Below are positions 55,766 to 64,000 of a stretch of 64,000 nt of DNA, one piece after another. Below the pieces are notes generated by a model, which saw only the letters and a list, made by a program, of their open reading frames with translations, ran no database searches and was not told where the DNA came from. Made by a program: the position numbers and the translations under genes. The stretch comes from Alphaproteobacteria bacterium (GTDB taxonomy: Bacteria; Pseudomonadota; Alphaproteobacteria; G965222575), in contig OZ244958.1 in NCBI GenBank assembly GCA_965222575.1, forward strand, positions 896,001-960,000. Reading direction: 5' to 3'. How positions within the stretch are numbered: the stretch's first letter is position 1; every line of letters begins with the position of its first letter.

Positions 55766-57958
55766 ATGAAAAGACTATGGTGTCTCTTGAGTGCCCTCGT
55801 ACTGGTGGGGTCTCTTGCCCAAGCCGCTCCCCTTCACAATGCTGCCCAAAGGGGTGATCTTGATACCATCAAGGGGCTCATAGCTAAGGGGGCGGATGTG
55901 AATGCAAAGGACGAAGACAACGAGACACCGCTCCATGGGGCAGCCTATGAGGGACACAAAGAAGTGGTGACATTCCTAGTGGAAGCGGGGGCGGATGTGA
56001 ATGCACAAAACAAGTACGGCTGGACACCGCTCCATTGGGCAGCCGGTGGGGGGCACAAGGAAGTGGTGGCATCCCTAGTGGCGCAGGGGGCGGATGTGGA
56101 TGCACGAAACAATATCGGCAATACACTGCTCCATGAGGCAGCCTCTAAGGAGTACTGGAAGATGAAGATGGTGGAGGTTCTGCTGCAAGCAGGGGCGGAT
56201 GTGGATGCACGAAACAATATCGGCGATACACCGCTCCATAAAGCAACCTCTGAGGAGCATCTGAAGATGGTGGAGGTTCTACTTCAAGCAGGGGCGGATG
56301 TGAATGCACAAAACATGCACGGCTCTACACCGCTCCATGTGGCAGCTTGGAACAGGCACACAGAGGTGGTGGTGGAGGTTCTGCTACAAGCAGGGGCGGA
56401 TGTGAATGCACGAGACAGAGGCGGCTGGACACCGCTCCGTGGGGCAACTAGCAATGGGAACAAGGAGATAGTGGAAGTTCTTGTGGAGAAGGGGGCGGAT
56501 ATCCACGCAAAGGACAAGTACGGCTGGACACCGCTCCATGAGGTAGCCTATTGGGGGCACAAGGAAGTAGTGGAGGTTCTGCTACAAGCAGGGGCGGATG
56601 TGAATGCACAGGACAAGTACGGCAAGACACCGCTCCATAGGGCAGCCGATAAGGGGCACAAAGCAACAGCAGAGGTTCTTGTGGCACAGGGGGCGGAGGT
56701 GAATGCACAGGACAAGGGCGGCTCTATACCGCTCCATAGGGCAGCCGATGGGGGGCACAAGGCAGTGGTGGAGTTTCTAGTGGAGAAGGGGGCTTCTGTG
56801 AATGCAAAGCAAAAGTACGGCTATACACCGCTCCATTTGGCAGTCTTAGAGGGAAACAAGGAGGTGGTGGTATTCCTAGTGGAGAAGGGGGCAGATATCC
56901 ACGCACAGGACAAGGACGGCAGGACACCGCTCCATAGGGCAGTCTTAGAGGGGAACAAGGAGGTAGTGGCGTATCTGAAAAGCAAGGGGGCTAATCCCCT
57001 TCACGATGCCGCCCAAAGGGGTGATCTTGATACCATCAAGGGGCTCATAGCTAAGGGGGCGGATGTGAATGCACAAGGCAAGTACGGCAGGACACCGCTC
57101 CATAGTGCATCCGGAGGGGGACACAAAGAAGTGGTGACATTCCTTTTGGCGCAGGGGGCGGATGTGCATGCACAAACCGTGTACGGCTCTACACCGCTCC
57201 ATCGGGCAGCTTGGAACGGGAACACGGAGGTAGTGGAAGTTCTTGTGGCGAAGGGGGCTTCTGTGAAGGCAAAGGACGAAGACAACGAGACACCGCTCCA
57301 TGGGGCAGCCTATGAGGGACACAAAGAAGTGGTGACATTCCTAGTGGAAGCGGGGGCGGATGTGAATGCACAAAACAAGTACGGCTGGACACCGCTCCAT
57401 TGGGCAGCCGGTGGGGGGCACAAGGAAGTGGTGGCATCCCTAGTGGCGCAGGGGGCAGATGTGAATGCAAAGGACAATGTCGGCGAGACACCGCTCCGTG
57501 AGGCAGCCTATTGGGGGCACAAGGAGGTAGTGGAGTATCTGAAAAGCAAGGGGGCGGATGTGCATGAACAGGACAAGGACGGCAAGACACCGCTCCATAA
57601 GGCAGCCTCTAGTGGGTACAAGGAGGTGGTGGCATCCCTAGTGGCCCAGGGGGCGGATGTGAATGCACAGGACAAGGACGGCAAGACACCGCTCCATGTG
57701 GCAGCCTCTAGTGGGTACAAGGAGGTGGTGGCATCCCTAGTGGCCCAGGGGGCGGATGTGAATGCACAGGACAAGGACGGCGTGACGCCGCTCCATGTGG
57801 CAGCCTACCTTGAGCACAAGGAGATAGTGAAAGTTCTTGTAGAGAAGGGGGCTGATATCAATATAAAGGACAAGGACGGCGTGACACCGCTCCATAGGGC
57901 GGCCTATTGGGGTCACAAGGAGGTAGTGGCGTATTTGAAAAGCAAGGGGGCTAAGTAG
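55766..57958 (+). CDS. Secreted ankyrin repeat protein ANK4 (prophage cargo)
   Basis: Same signal peptide family and repeat framework as ANK1-3. Confidence 0.95.
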   Translation: MKRLWCLLSALVLVGSLAQAAPLHNAAQRGDLDTIKGLIAKGADVNAKDEDNETPLHGAAYEGHKEVVTFLVEAGADVNAQNKYGWTPLHWAAGGGHKEVVASLVAQGADVDARNNIGNTLLHEAASKEYWKMKMVEVLLQAGADVDARNNIGDTPLHKATSEEHLKMVEVLLQAGADVNAQNMHGSTPLHVAAWNRHTEVVVEVLLQAGADVNARDRGGWTPLRGATSNGNKEIVEVLVEKGADIHAKDKYGWTPLHEVAYWGHKEVVEVLLQAGADVNAQDKYGKTPLHRAADKGHKATAEVLVAQGAEVNAQDKGGSIPLHRAADGGHKAVVEFLVEKGASVNAKQKYGYTPLHLAVLEGNKEVVVFLVEKGADIHAQDKDGRTPLHRAVLEGNKEVVAYLKSKGANPLHDAAQRGDLDTIKGLIAKGADVNAQGKYGRTPLHSASGGGHKEVVTFLLAQGADVHAQTVYGSTPLHRAAWNGNTEVVEVLVAKGASVKAKDEDNETPLHGAAYEGHKEVVTFLVEAGADVNAQNKYGWTPLHWAAGGGHKEVVASLVAQGADVNAKDNVGETPLREAAYWGHKEVVEYLKSKGADVHEQDKDGKTPLHKAASSGYKEVVASLVAQGADVNAQDKDGKTPLHVAASSGYKEVVASLVAQGADVNAQDKDGVTPLHVAAYLEHKEIVKVLVEKGADINIKDKDGVTPLHRAAYWGHKEVVAYLKSKGAK

Positions 57959-58050
57959 TTACCTCCTTCTAGCACCACAGGGCGAGGACTTCTCCCTGAG
58001 TGGTATCAACCTCTCTGGCAAAGCCCCTATCCGCACCTGTGCGTAAGGGA

Positions 58051-58545
58051 CTAGACCTCTGAGGCATAGAGTCTCCCTTCTGCCTCTCTGCGTCTGATTA
58101 GCCCCTTGAGCCTCCTTCCGCCTGCCCAAACCCACCTTAGGAACTCTCTAGGCACATTCCAATGTTCCTCCCTGTTCACCTTCCTCCGCAAAGTAGAACG
58201 CTGTAAGGCTCCACTGCCTAAATTGAAGGTGAAGGAAACCAGCCCATCAAACTGACCATCTGTTAACGGCACATCTATCAAGCGCAATACAGCTCTCTCC
58301 GCCCATGCGACATCCTTGCGCAATAACGCTTCTGCTACTTCCTTTGTAATCCTTTTAGGAGGTTCTTTTCCCTTTCGTATTACATGCCCGTATCCTATGG
58401 TTGGATATCCCCCCGGACAGATATAAGTCTCTAAGGACAACCCCTCAAAGTGTTTAATTAGGTCTAAGCCTGCTTGCGTAATATGACGCAGCAGGGCTTG
58501 CCCTGCACCCAATACCTCTCCGTGTTCCATGACACTAGTGTCCAT
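58051..58545 (-). CDS. Phage lysozyme (GH24)
   Basis: LIKHFEG...Y.CPGGYPTIGYGH, SFTFNLG and GLIRRREAE motifs. Confidence 0.93.
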   Translation of the reverse strand: MDTSVMEHGEVLGAGQALLRHITQAGLDLIKHFEGLSLETYICPGGYPTIGYGHVIRKGKEPPKRITKEVAEALLRKDVAWAERAVLRLIDVPLTDGQFDGLVSFTFNLGSGALQRSTLRRKVNREEHWNVPREFLRWVWAGGRRLKGLIRRREAEGRLYASEV

Positions 58546-59001
58546 CTAACCACCCCGTATCTTACTTAGGGCTCTTCCTCCAAACCAGAAGCTAATGACA
58601 GCTGCAAACAGAGCTTGCGTCTCCCCATCCCATACCGCTATTAAGGCTTCTTGGACTCCCAGTCCTCCCTCCATTAGACTCCCCAATGCCGATATCTTCA
58701 CCACTGCAAATAATCCAAAAAATGCATACGTCACCATAGGACGTACCGATGCTCTTAACCCCTCTATCCACCGAACACCGCTAGAGCGCCCTGCATGCCG
58801 ATACAGAGCCTTGCTTTCGGCAACATCAGCTTGTATTTGTATCTCCTCTAAGCGCTGTGTATGACCCTGTTTTTGTACCTCTAGTTGCCGATCCAATATC
58901 GCTAACTCGTGTTTTCTATCCGCCCGTTCCTGCCATACCTTAATCCCTTCTGGCACTGTGGAGGAGGCGAATCCAAGCAAACTTCCTAGTAGTGTCAACA
59001 T
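58546..59001 (-). CDS. Phage membrane protein, putative holin
   Basis: RASVRP.VTY and ISFWFGGR motifs; TM segments; directly upstream of the lysozyme. Confidence 0.65.
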   Translation of the reverse strand: MLTLLGSLLGFASSTVPEGIKVWQERADRKHELAILDRQLEVQKQGHTQRLEEIQIQADVAESKALYRHAGRSSGVRWIEGLRASVRPMVTYAFFGLFAVVKISALGSLMEGGLGVQEALIAVWDGETQALFAAVISFWFGGRALSKIRGG

Positions 59002-59014
59002 ATCTTTCTCCGTC

Positions 59015-59305
59015 TTACTTATTAAACAATCCTATTTTACCCGCAACTCCTGCGAGTATTAGAGCCAATATCCCTATGGTTAGCCAGCGTACCAATGTTT
59101 GTAGAAACGTGCGCTTTGCTAGATTCAAAGACGCTAGCAAGTCCCTTAGTGTCCGAATATCTTTGGGGGCATCTTCATCCGCTAAACCTATCTTCTTCAA
59201 GACTGCTTGTGCGCCCTTGTTATTGGCGCGCTCTATGGCTTGATTGATGATTTCATCAAAGTCTTTCCGTGTGATGTGAATAATCTCTTCACCTTTCTTT
59301 TTCAT
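59015..59305 (-). CDS. Phage membrane protein (DUF6127-like)
   Basis: GL.DEDA.KDIR.LRDLL; C-terminal TM segment; lysis-module position. Confidence 0.65.
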   Translation of the reverse strand: MKKKGEEIIHITRKDFDEIINQAIERANNKGAQAVLKKIGLADEDAPKDIRTLRDLLASLNLAKRTFLQTLVRWLTIGILALILAGVAGKIGLFNK

Positions 59306-59364
59306 CACGCTTCTCCTTCTGTATGTTGACAAGTATAAAGTGATACTTTATACTTTATTGTATT

Positions 59365-60297
59365 ATGAATATTGATAGTTTAACCCAAAAATGCAAACGC
59401 CTTAAAAATCTTACGATTTTTGATGACTGGTTTAAGGTAGAGCTGACTTATAGCAGCAATGCTATCGAAGGGAATACCCTCACACGTCATGAAACAGCAC
59501 AGCTCATTGATAAAGGGCTTACAGCAGCGGGAAAATCTTTGAACGAACACTTAGAGGCTACCAATCATGCCTGTGCTTTAGAGTGGGTCTGGAAGAAAGT
59601 GAAAGAGGGAGTTCATCCTATTACAGCCCAAGATATTCTCCACATGCATAGCCTTATCTTGAAGGGGATAGAGGAGAGACATGCAGGGTGTTATCGTACA
59701 ATTTCTGTCCGTATAGCAGGCTCTAGGGGGATATTTCCTAATCCCTTAAAAGTGCCTGAGAAAATGGAAGAATTGATGCAATGGTTGAAAACTGCTTCCG
59801 ACCATCCGGTTACATTGGCCATGGAAGCCCATTATCGTTTGGTAAGTATTCATCCCTTTGTTGATGGGAATGGACGTGTTGGACGGTTGCTGATGAATGG
59901 GATTCTCATGATGCACGGCACTCCCCCTGCCATTATCCGCAAACGGGATAGAGTGTCGTATATTGAAGCTTTAGAGAAAGCGCAATTAGGAGGAGACAAA
60001 GAGCCCTATATCCAAGTGATATACAGAGCAGTCAATCGGTCTTTAGATATTGTTCTCAAAGGCGTCTCTATTGTTCCGGAGGATACGCACCTGAAGATAG
60101 GAGCATTAGCGAAATTGGTAGGAGAGCCTGTTTCCACAATTCGTTACTGGACACAAAGGGGATTACTACAAATAGCAGACCGAACGGAGTCTGGCTATCA
60201 TTGCTATACCCCCGATATGGTTAAGCAGGGTAAGCGTATTCAAAAACTGAAACAAAGGCGTTATACATTAGAGGAAATCAGGAAGCACTTGTCTTAG
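59365..60297 (+). CDS. Fic family protein with C-terminal MerR-like HTH
   Basis: SSNAIEGNT and HPFVDGNGRVGR motifs; KIGALAKLVG....TIRYW...GLL. Confidence 0.9.
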   Translation: MNIDSLTQKCKRLKNLTIFDDWFKVELTYSSNAIEGNTLTRHETAQLIDKGLTAAGKSLNEHLEATNHACALEWVWKKVKEGVHPITAQDILHMHSLILKGIEERHAGCYRTISVRIAGSRGIFPNPLKVPEKMEELMQWLKTASDHPVTLAMEAHYRLVSIHPFVDGNGRVGRLLMNGILMMHGTPPAIIRKRDRVSYIEALEKAQLGGDKEPYIQVIYRAVNRSLDIVLKGVSIVPEDTHLKIGALAKLVGEPVSTIRYWTQRGLLQIADRTESGYHCYTPDMVKQGKRIQKLKQRRYTLEEIRKHLS

Positions 60298-62077
60298 CTC
60301 TATGAACATCTGGGTTTTCACTCATGGCCTCTATGGTAACCACACCCTCCTTATGAGGCTGGATTCCTAAGACTTTTGCTTTTTTAACTGGTAGGGTTCC
60401 TTCCTGTAGCATATCATGGGTAATCTCTATCAAATCTCCGCAAGATAGCTCAAGAGCCTCTAGCCCTGTCTGAAAAGTTATAAAACACCGTCTGTACAAG
60501 TCAGAGTTTAAGATAAACTTCGCCTCTCTCAGAGCCTGTGCTTTAGAGGTACACCCAAAGAGTTTGATACGCTCTGGCGTGCCATTCACAGGTGTGTCGC
60601 GTGTCACTAGTACCTCTTCTTGTTTCCACGTCATAGAAGAAAAGTACTCTATCACCAGTCCATTACGAGTCTTCTCATTCATGGGTAAGAACTGCATTCT
60701 AAAACTCCCTTTCACCATATCATTAGGAGAAAAGGAGGCAACGATATCAGACTGCTCAGCATCTCTGACAAAGCGTACTATTCCATCTTTTACAAAGCAC
60801 ACAGTACGCCCTACCTTAGCCACTGTGTTCAAGGCATCCCACAGGTTAGTCTGAGTGTCAAAAATCCCATCAAAGTGGTCTCCACGAGACTGCCATGTGC
60901 TGTCAAGGGCTTGTAGAGCAGCAATATCAATCTGGGAGTCTGTTAGTCCTCCTTGCCTGCAGATATCCAATAGAGCCAATCCTATAGAGCGGGTAGGGGA
61001 GAGGGTAGGGGAGAGAGTCTGAGCGGTAGTATAAGAAGGAGGCAGTTTCCGAGTAACGATACAGTTGACCTTGTGGGCTTGTGACAGGTTTTCTGTTACC
61101 TTCATACTTGTCGCTAGTAGCGTCACATCCTTGTAATCTGTTTTAGCAGGAGAGGTGATTCTAGACTTCAGCCCCTTCCAGCAGAAGGTATCGGCGGTTT
61201 GGGGGGAGGTGTCCTTGGAAGTGAGACGACATAGGCGCACTTCATATCGTCCTTCTTGTACTTCATAGGTGTATGTCAAGTGCTGTGCAGTAGTGGTTGC
61301 TGTGCTATAAGATTCAAATATGCCTCTGTGTCCTTTATGTTTGATTATCCGGGAATCTATACCATCGGTGTCTTTCCTAATAAATTGATAGCCTTCTGAA
61401 TGCGAGACAAATTTACTTCCATCCTTAAAAAATTCACTCCCTAAATCGCTCCATGCTTTAGTACCAGTAGCAGTGCCTTCATCGTCAATAGGGCGCGATT
61501 GGAGTTTCCACTCCACAGCCTTGCTGCCCAGACCGCCATCATTGATCTGAGTATACAGTCCTTGGGGGAAGCCCACATCAATCTGTATCTGGTTGGTCTT
61601 TGTCTTAGGGGGGGTGGTAGCAAAGGGACCGAGGCACTCCTCGGCTTTATTTAGCTCCTGTCCTGCTACCTCGCCAACACTGTAAACATTCGTATTAAGG
61701 TGGCTGATCTTCTTACCAGGGTCAAATACTTTGTGCTCAATATTATTAAACGAGGCAATAGGCGTGTTTTCTATACGAATATCTTTTGCTTTTATTTCAT
61801 CAAACTCCCCTTGCCCGATGCAATGGAGTTGATGAAGGTATTGCTTATTATCCTCATAAGTGTAGTAAGGCGTTGAGGCAAGGTCTGGATAGACGATGTG
61901 TCTTCCGTAAATGACAGGAATAGGTTGGTTTGGTCTTGCTCTGTTGCCTCTGGCTTCGAGGGCATAGGTAGGACTTGCTGTGGGCGTATCAACAATCACC
62001 GGTGCTTGTGAGGTAGGGGTGAAGTAATTCACAAGACTGCGGTTAGTAAGGTAGTTAAGTGCGGCAAAAATGTTCAT
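60278..62077 (-). CDS. Phage host-specificity/tail tip protein (TipJ-like)
   Basis: N.AR.NQPIPVIYGRH.VYPD, FDGIFD...LWDAL..VA.VGR and FVRD motifs. Confidence 0.8.
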   Translation of the reverse strand: MNIFAALNYLTNRSLVNYFTPTSQAPVIVDTPTASPTYALEARGNRARPNQPIPVIYGRHIVYPDLASTPYYTYEDNKQYLHQLHCIGQGEFDEIKAKDIRIENTPIASFNNIEHKVFDPGKKISHLNTNVYSVGEVAGQELNKAEECLGPFATTPPKTKTNQIQIDVGFPQGLYTQINDGGLGSKAVEWKLQSRPIDDEGTATGTKAWSDLGSEFFKDGSKFVSHSEGYQFIRKDTDGIDSRIIKHKGHRGIFESYSTATTTAQHLTYTYEVQEGRYEVRLCRLTSKDTSPQTADTFCWKGLKSRITSPAKTDYKDVTLLATSMKVTENLSQAHKVNCIVTRKLPPSYTTAQTLSPTLSPTRSIGLALLDICRQGGLTDSQIDIAALQALDSTWQSRGDHFDGIFDTQTNLWDALNTVAKVGRTVCFVKDGIVRFVRDAEQSDIVASFSPNDMVKGSFRMQFLPMNEKTRNGLVIEYFSSMTWKQEEVLVTRDTPVNGTPERIKLFGCTSKAQALREAKFILNSDLYRRCFITFQTGLEALELSCGDLIEITHDMLQEGTLPVKKAKVLGIQPHKEGVVTIEAMSENPDVHRAKTSAS

Positions 62078-62081
62078 GTTT

Positions 62082-62570
62082 TTATCCTCGTGCTAGCCCT
62101 GGGAAGGTACTCAGGGTATAAATTTTGGTGGGAAAAGGTTTATTCTCAATATTCAAGAAAGACGCTCTTAGGGTTATTTTAGATAGGTCTGTTTCTATAG
62201 ACTCTATTACAAAGGAGTGAGAGGCTTTGGGGGCAGTGGGCGCGGTATTGAGATAGGCTCTGTAGACTCCTGTAATTTTATGGGGAGAGGAACATGTCTT
62301 TTCTATTTGTGTGAGGAGCATGCGGTTGACATTGTCTATCTCTATAGTGACTTGCGGGGGACTTTGCGTACTTTGAGGGGGATGAGAGAAGGTCAAAGAC
62401 CATGCTTTGAACACAACTTTTTCCCCTTCCAGTGTCGTTTCAAAATCTTCATATCCCCGCACCCTGTATATGGTCTTAGGGTTAAAGGTGCTATGGTGCA
62501 ACTCTAAGGTATCAAGGACGACTTCTCCCCCTTTTGGGGTTTTATACGCTGTTTTTAGAGTGCTATTCAT
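62082..62570 (-). CDS. Phage tail protein (DUF1833-like)
   Basis: TLELHH..F, IDNV, YRAYL and FP...Y....FPGL motifs. Confidence 0.75.
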   Translation of the reverse strand: MNSTLKTAYKTPKGGEVVLDTLELHHSTFNPKTIYRVRGYEDFETTLEGEKVVFKAWSLTFSHPPQSTQSPPQVTIEIDNVNRMLLTQIEKTCSSPHKITGVYRAYLNTAPTAPKASHSFVIESIETDLSKITLRASFLNIENKPFPTKIYTLSTFPGLARG

Positions 62571-62572
62571 TT

Positions 62573-63934
62573 TTATTGTGCCTCCAGTGCCACAATTCGT
62601 TTTTTAAGAGTTTGATTTTCCCCTTTTAATGTTTCTATCTGTTCCTGTTGCTCCTGTACAGCCTTTAAGAGAACAACTGATAGCCTGCTGTAGTCCACAC
62701 TCTTATACCCCTCTGAATACTCAGAAGTGCCTACTAGGTCAGGACAAACCTTTTCTACTTCTTGTGCTATCAAACCATGTTCTACCTCACTAGACCCCCT
62801 TTGTCCTCCTTGTGGCGCTGGGTCTGGTATAATATCATGCCCATCTTTGTCTTTCTCAAACACAGGGTCAGGGATTTCCTTGCGAGTGTATTTAACAGGA
62901 CGAAGCTTTTTAACACAATCAAGACCATCCTGTACATCAGCTATATTCTCCTTTAGCCTCTCATCACTGTTTTGCGTTAGTGTGCCTGTTAGAGTTAAGT
63001 TACCAGTACGAAGGTTTCCTCTTAAGACATTTCCTATGTTAATGTAATTACTGGTAGCATAACTTGGGGTTCCTACACCAGAACCTATGCCTATGTTACT
63101 ATCCCCTGTGGAGTTGGCTGCTAAGGCACGATAACCACTTGCGGTGTTAGAAGACCCTGTGGTGTTGTAAAATAAGGCACTACGACCACTTGCGGTGTTA
63201 TAAGACCCTATGGTGTTGTAAAATAAGGCACTAGTACCACTTGCGGTGTTCTCAGACCCTGTGGTGTTGCTAAGTAAGGCACTACGACCACTTGCGGTGT
63301 TATAAGACCCTGTGGTGTTGTAAAATAAGGCACTACGACCACTTGCGGTGTTAGAAAACCCTGTGGTGTTGTAAGATAAGGCACTAGCACCACTTGCGGT
63401 GTTAAAATCCCCTGTGGTGTTGGCTACTAAGGCACCAGCACCACTTGCGGTGTTAAAATCCCCTGTGGTGTTGGCTACTAAGGCACCAGCACCACTTGCG
63501 GTGTTAAAATCCCCTGTGGTGTTGGCTACTAAGGCACCAGCACCACTTGCGGTGTTAGAATACCCTGTGGTGTTGGCTTTTCCGTTTTCTGCTGAAAGAA
63601 AAGTATTATTGTAATCTTCTTTTCCATATGCATGTTCTTCATATGTATCTGCCCTAGCAACTGTAAGGACATCAGATGCTAGTTTTGATTTTGTAACCGC
63701 TAAATCAGCAATTTTACTGGTAATTACTTCACCTTCTAGTAAACCATAGTTTCCGCCTCTACTACTCCCTCTAATTCTAGTTTTAAGATCAATATCTAAA
63801 TTATCGTATGCTACTACACTATTAGGGAGTAAATGCTTTGAAACAAGTCCCTGATAGTCAAATCTATCTTTATAAGGATACACCCTAAGCCATTTAACAT
63901 AGTCCCCCATTCTTGCTACTCCCTCTAAAACCAT
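62573..63934 (-). CDS. Tail fibre-like protein with C-terminal peptidase S74 chaperone domain
   Basis: SDERLKENI, GLIAQEVE and VDYSRL..LLKAVQE motifs; Gly/Ser/Thr-rich repeats. Confidence 0.85.
   Translation of the reverse strand: MVLEGVARMGDYVKWLRVYPYKDRFDYQGLVSKHLLPNSVVAYDNLDIDLKTRIRGSSRGGNYGLLEGEVITSKIADLAVTKSKLASDVLTVARADTYEEHAYGKEDYNNTFLSAENGKANTTGYSNTASGAGALVANTTGDFNTASGAGALVANTTGDFNTASGAGALVANTTGDFNTASGASALSYNTTGFSNTASGRSALFYNTTGSYNTASGRSALLSNTTGSENTASGTSALFYNTIGSYNTASGRSALFYNTTGSSNTASGYRALAANSTGDSNIGIGSGVGTPSYATSNYINIGNVLRGNLRTGNLTLTGTLTQNSDERLKENIADVQDGLDCVKKLRPVKYTRKEIPDPVFEKDKDGHDIIPDPAPQGGQRGSSEVEHGLIAQEVEKVCPDLVGTSEYSEGYKSVDYSRLSVVLLKAVQEQQEQIETLKGENQTLKKRIVALEAQ
63098..63575. 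repeat. 51-bp (17-aa) tandem repeats in the tail fibre, about 9 units
   Basis: NTASGxxALxxNTTGxx repeated; three units are identical. Confidence 0.93.
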
Positions 63935-64000
63935 TACTATAGGAGTATGATGAACACTATCACGGGGATTGGAATCCCATGCTTTGGGGCTTGTCCCCCA

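Larger units (their letters stand above)
52381..64000. mobile_element. Prophage, continues beyond the window
   Basis: tRNA-fragment att site, tyrosine integrase, lysozyme and holin-like genes, TipJ-like, DUF1833-like and tail fibre genes. Confidence 0.85.

Noticed and set aside
45763..57958. Diversity-generating retroelement or CRISPR explanation for the ankyrin repeats
   Set aside because: No reverse transcriptase in the window, no evident adenine-specific template/variable pair, and the repeats are in-frame coding units.

Overview
Chromosomal window from an alphaproteobacterium. This is inferred from gene order (rpsM-rpsK-rpoA-rplQ without rpsD; glyQ-glyS-ppdK; dacA-holB-metG). The many secreted ankyrin proteins suggest a host-associated lifestyle. 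Positions 1-33075 are core genome: the S10/spc/alpha ribosomal cluster, secY, adk, a DegP-like protease, rluA, folK, thrS, acnA, dadA, metG, holB, dacA, cytochrome c, trpS, fba, thiE, mutY, glyQS and ppdK. An accessory island starts at the ppdK stop codon. Its main feature is a CRISPR array of 36-nt type VI-B/Cas13bt-like hairpin repeats with 30-nt spacers (33072-33901). The array sits next to an orphan 409-aa protein with one intact and one substituted HEPN-like motif, and there is no cas1/cas2 in the window. This is a candidate miniature Cas13-like system. The array is split into two sub-arrays by a diverged remnant of a second copy of the effector gene. The island continues with ankyrin genes, a candidate two-gene defence pair, an Hhe-like DUF4011-helicase-nuclease, a double GH108 lysozyme with a polyproline tail, and a family of signal-peptide ankyrin cassettes. 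A tRNA-fragment-bounded prophage follows (integrase-excisionase fusion, Fic-ankyrin chimera, ankyrin cargo, lysis genes, Fic-MerR moron, tail genes) and runs off the right end. All family assignments are by eye from motifs; no database search was run.
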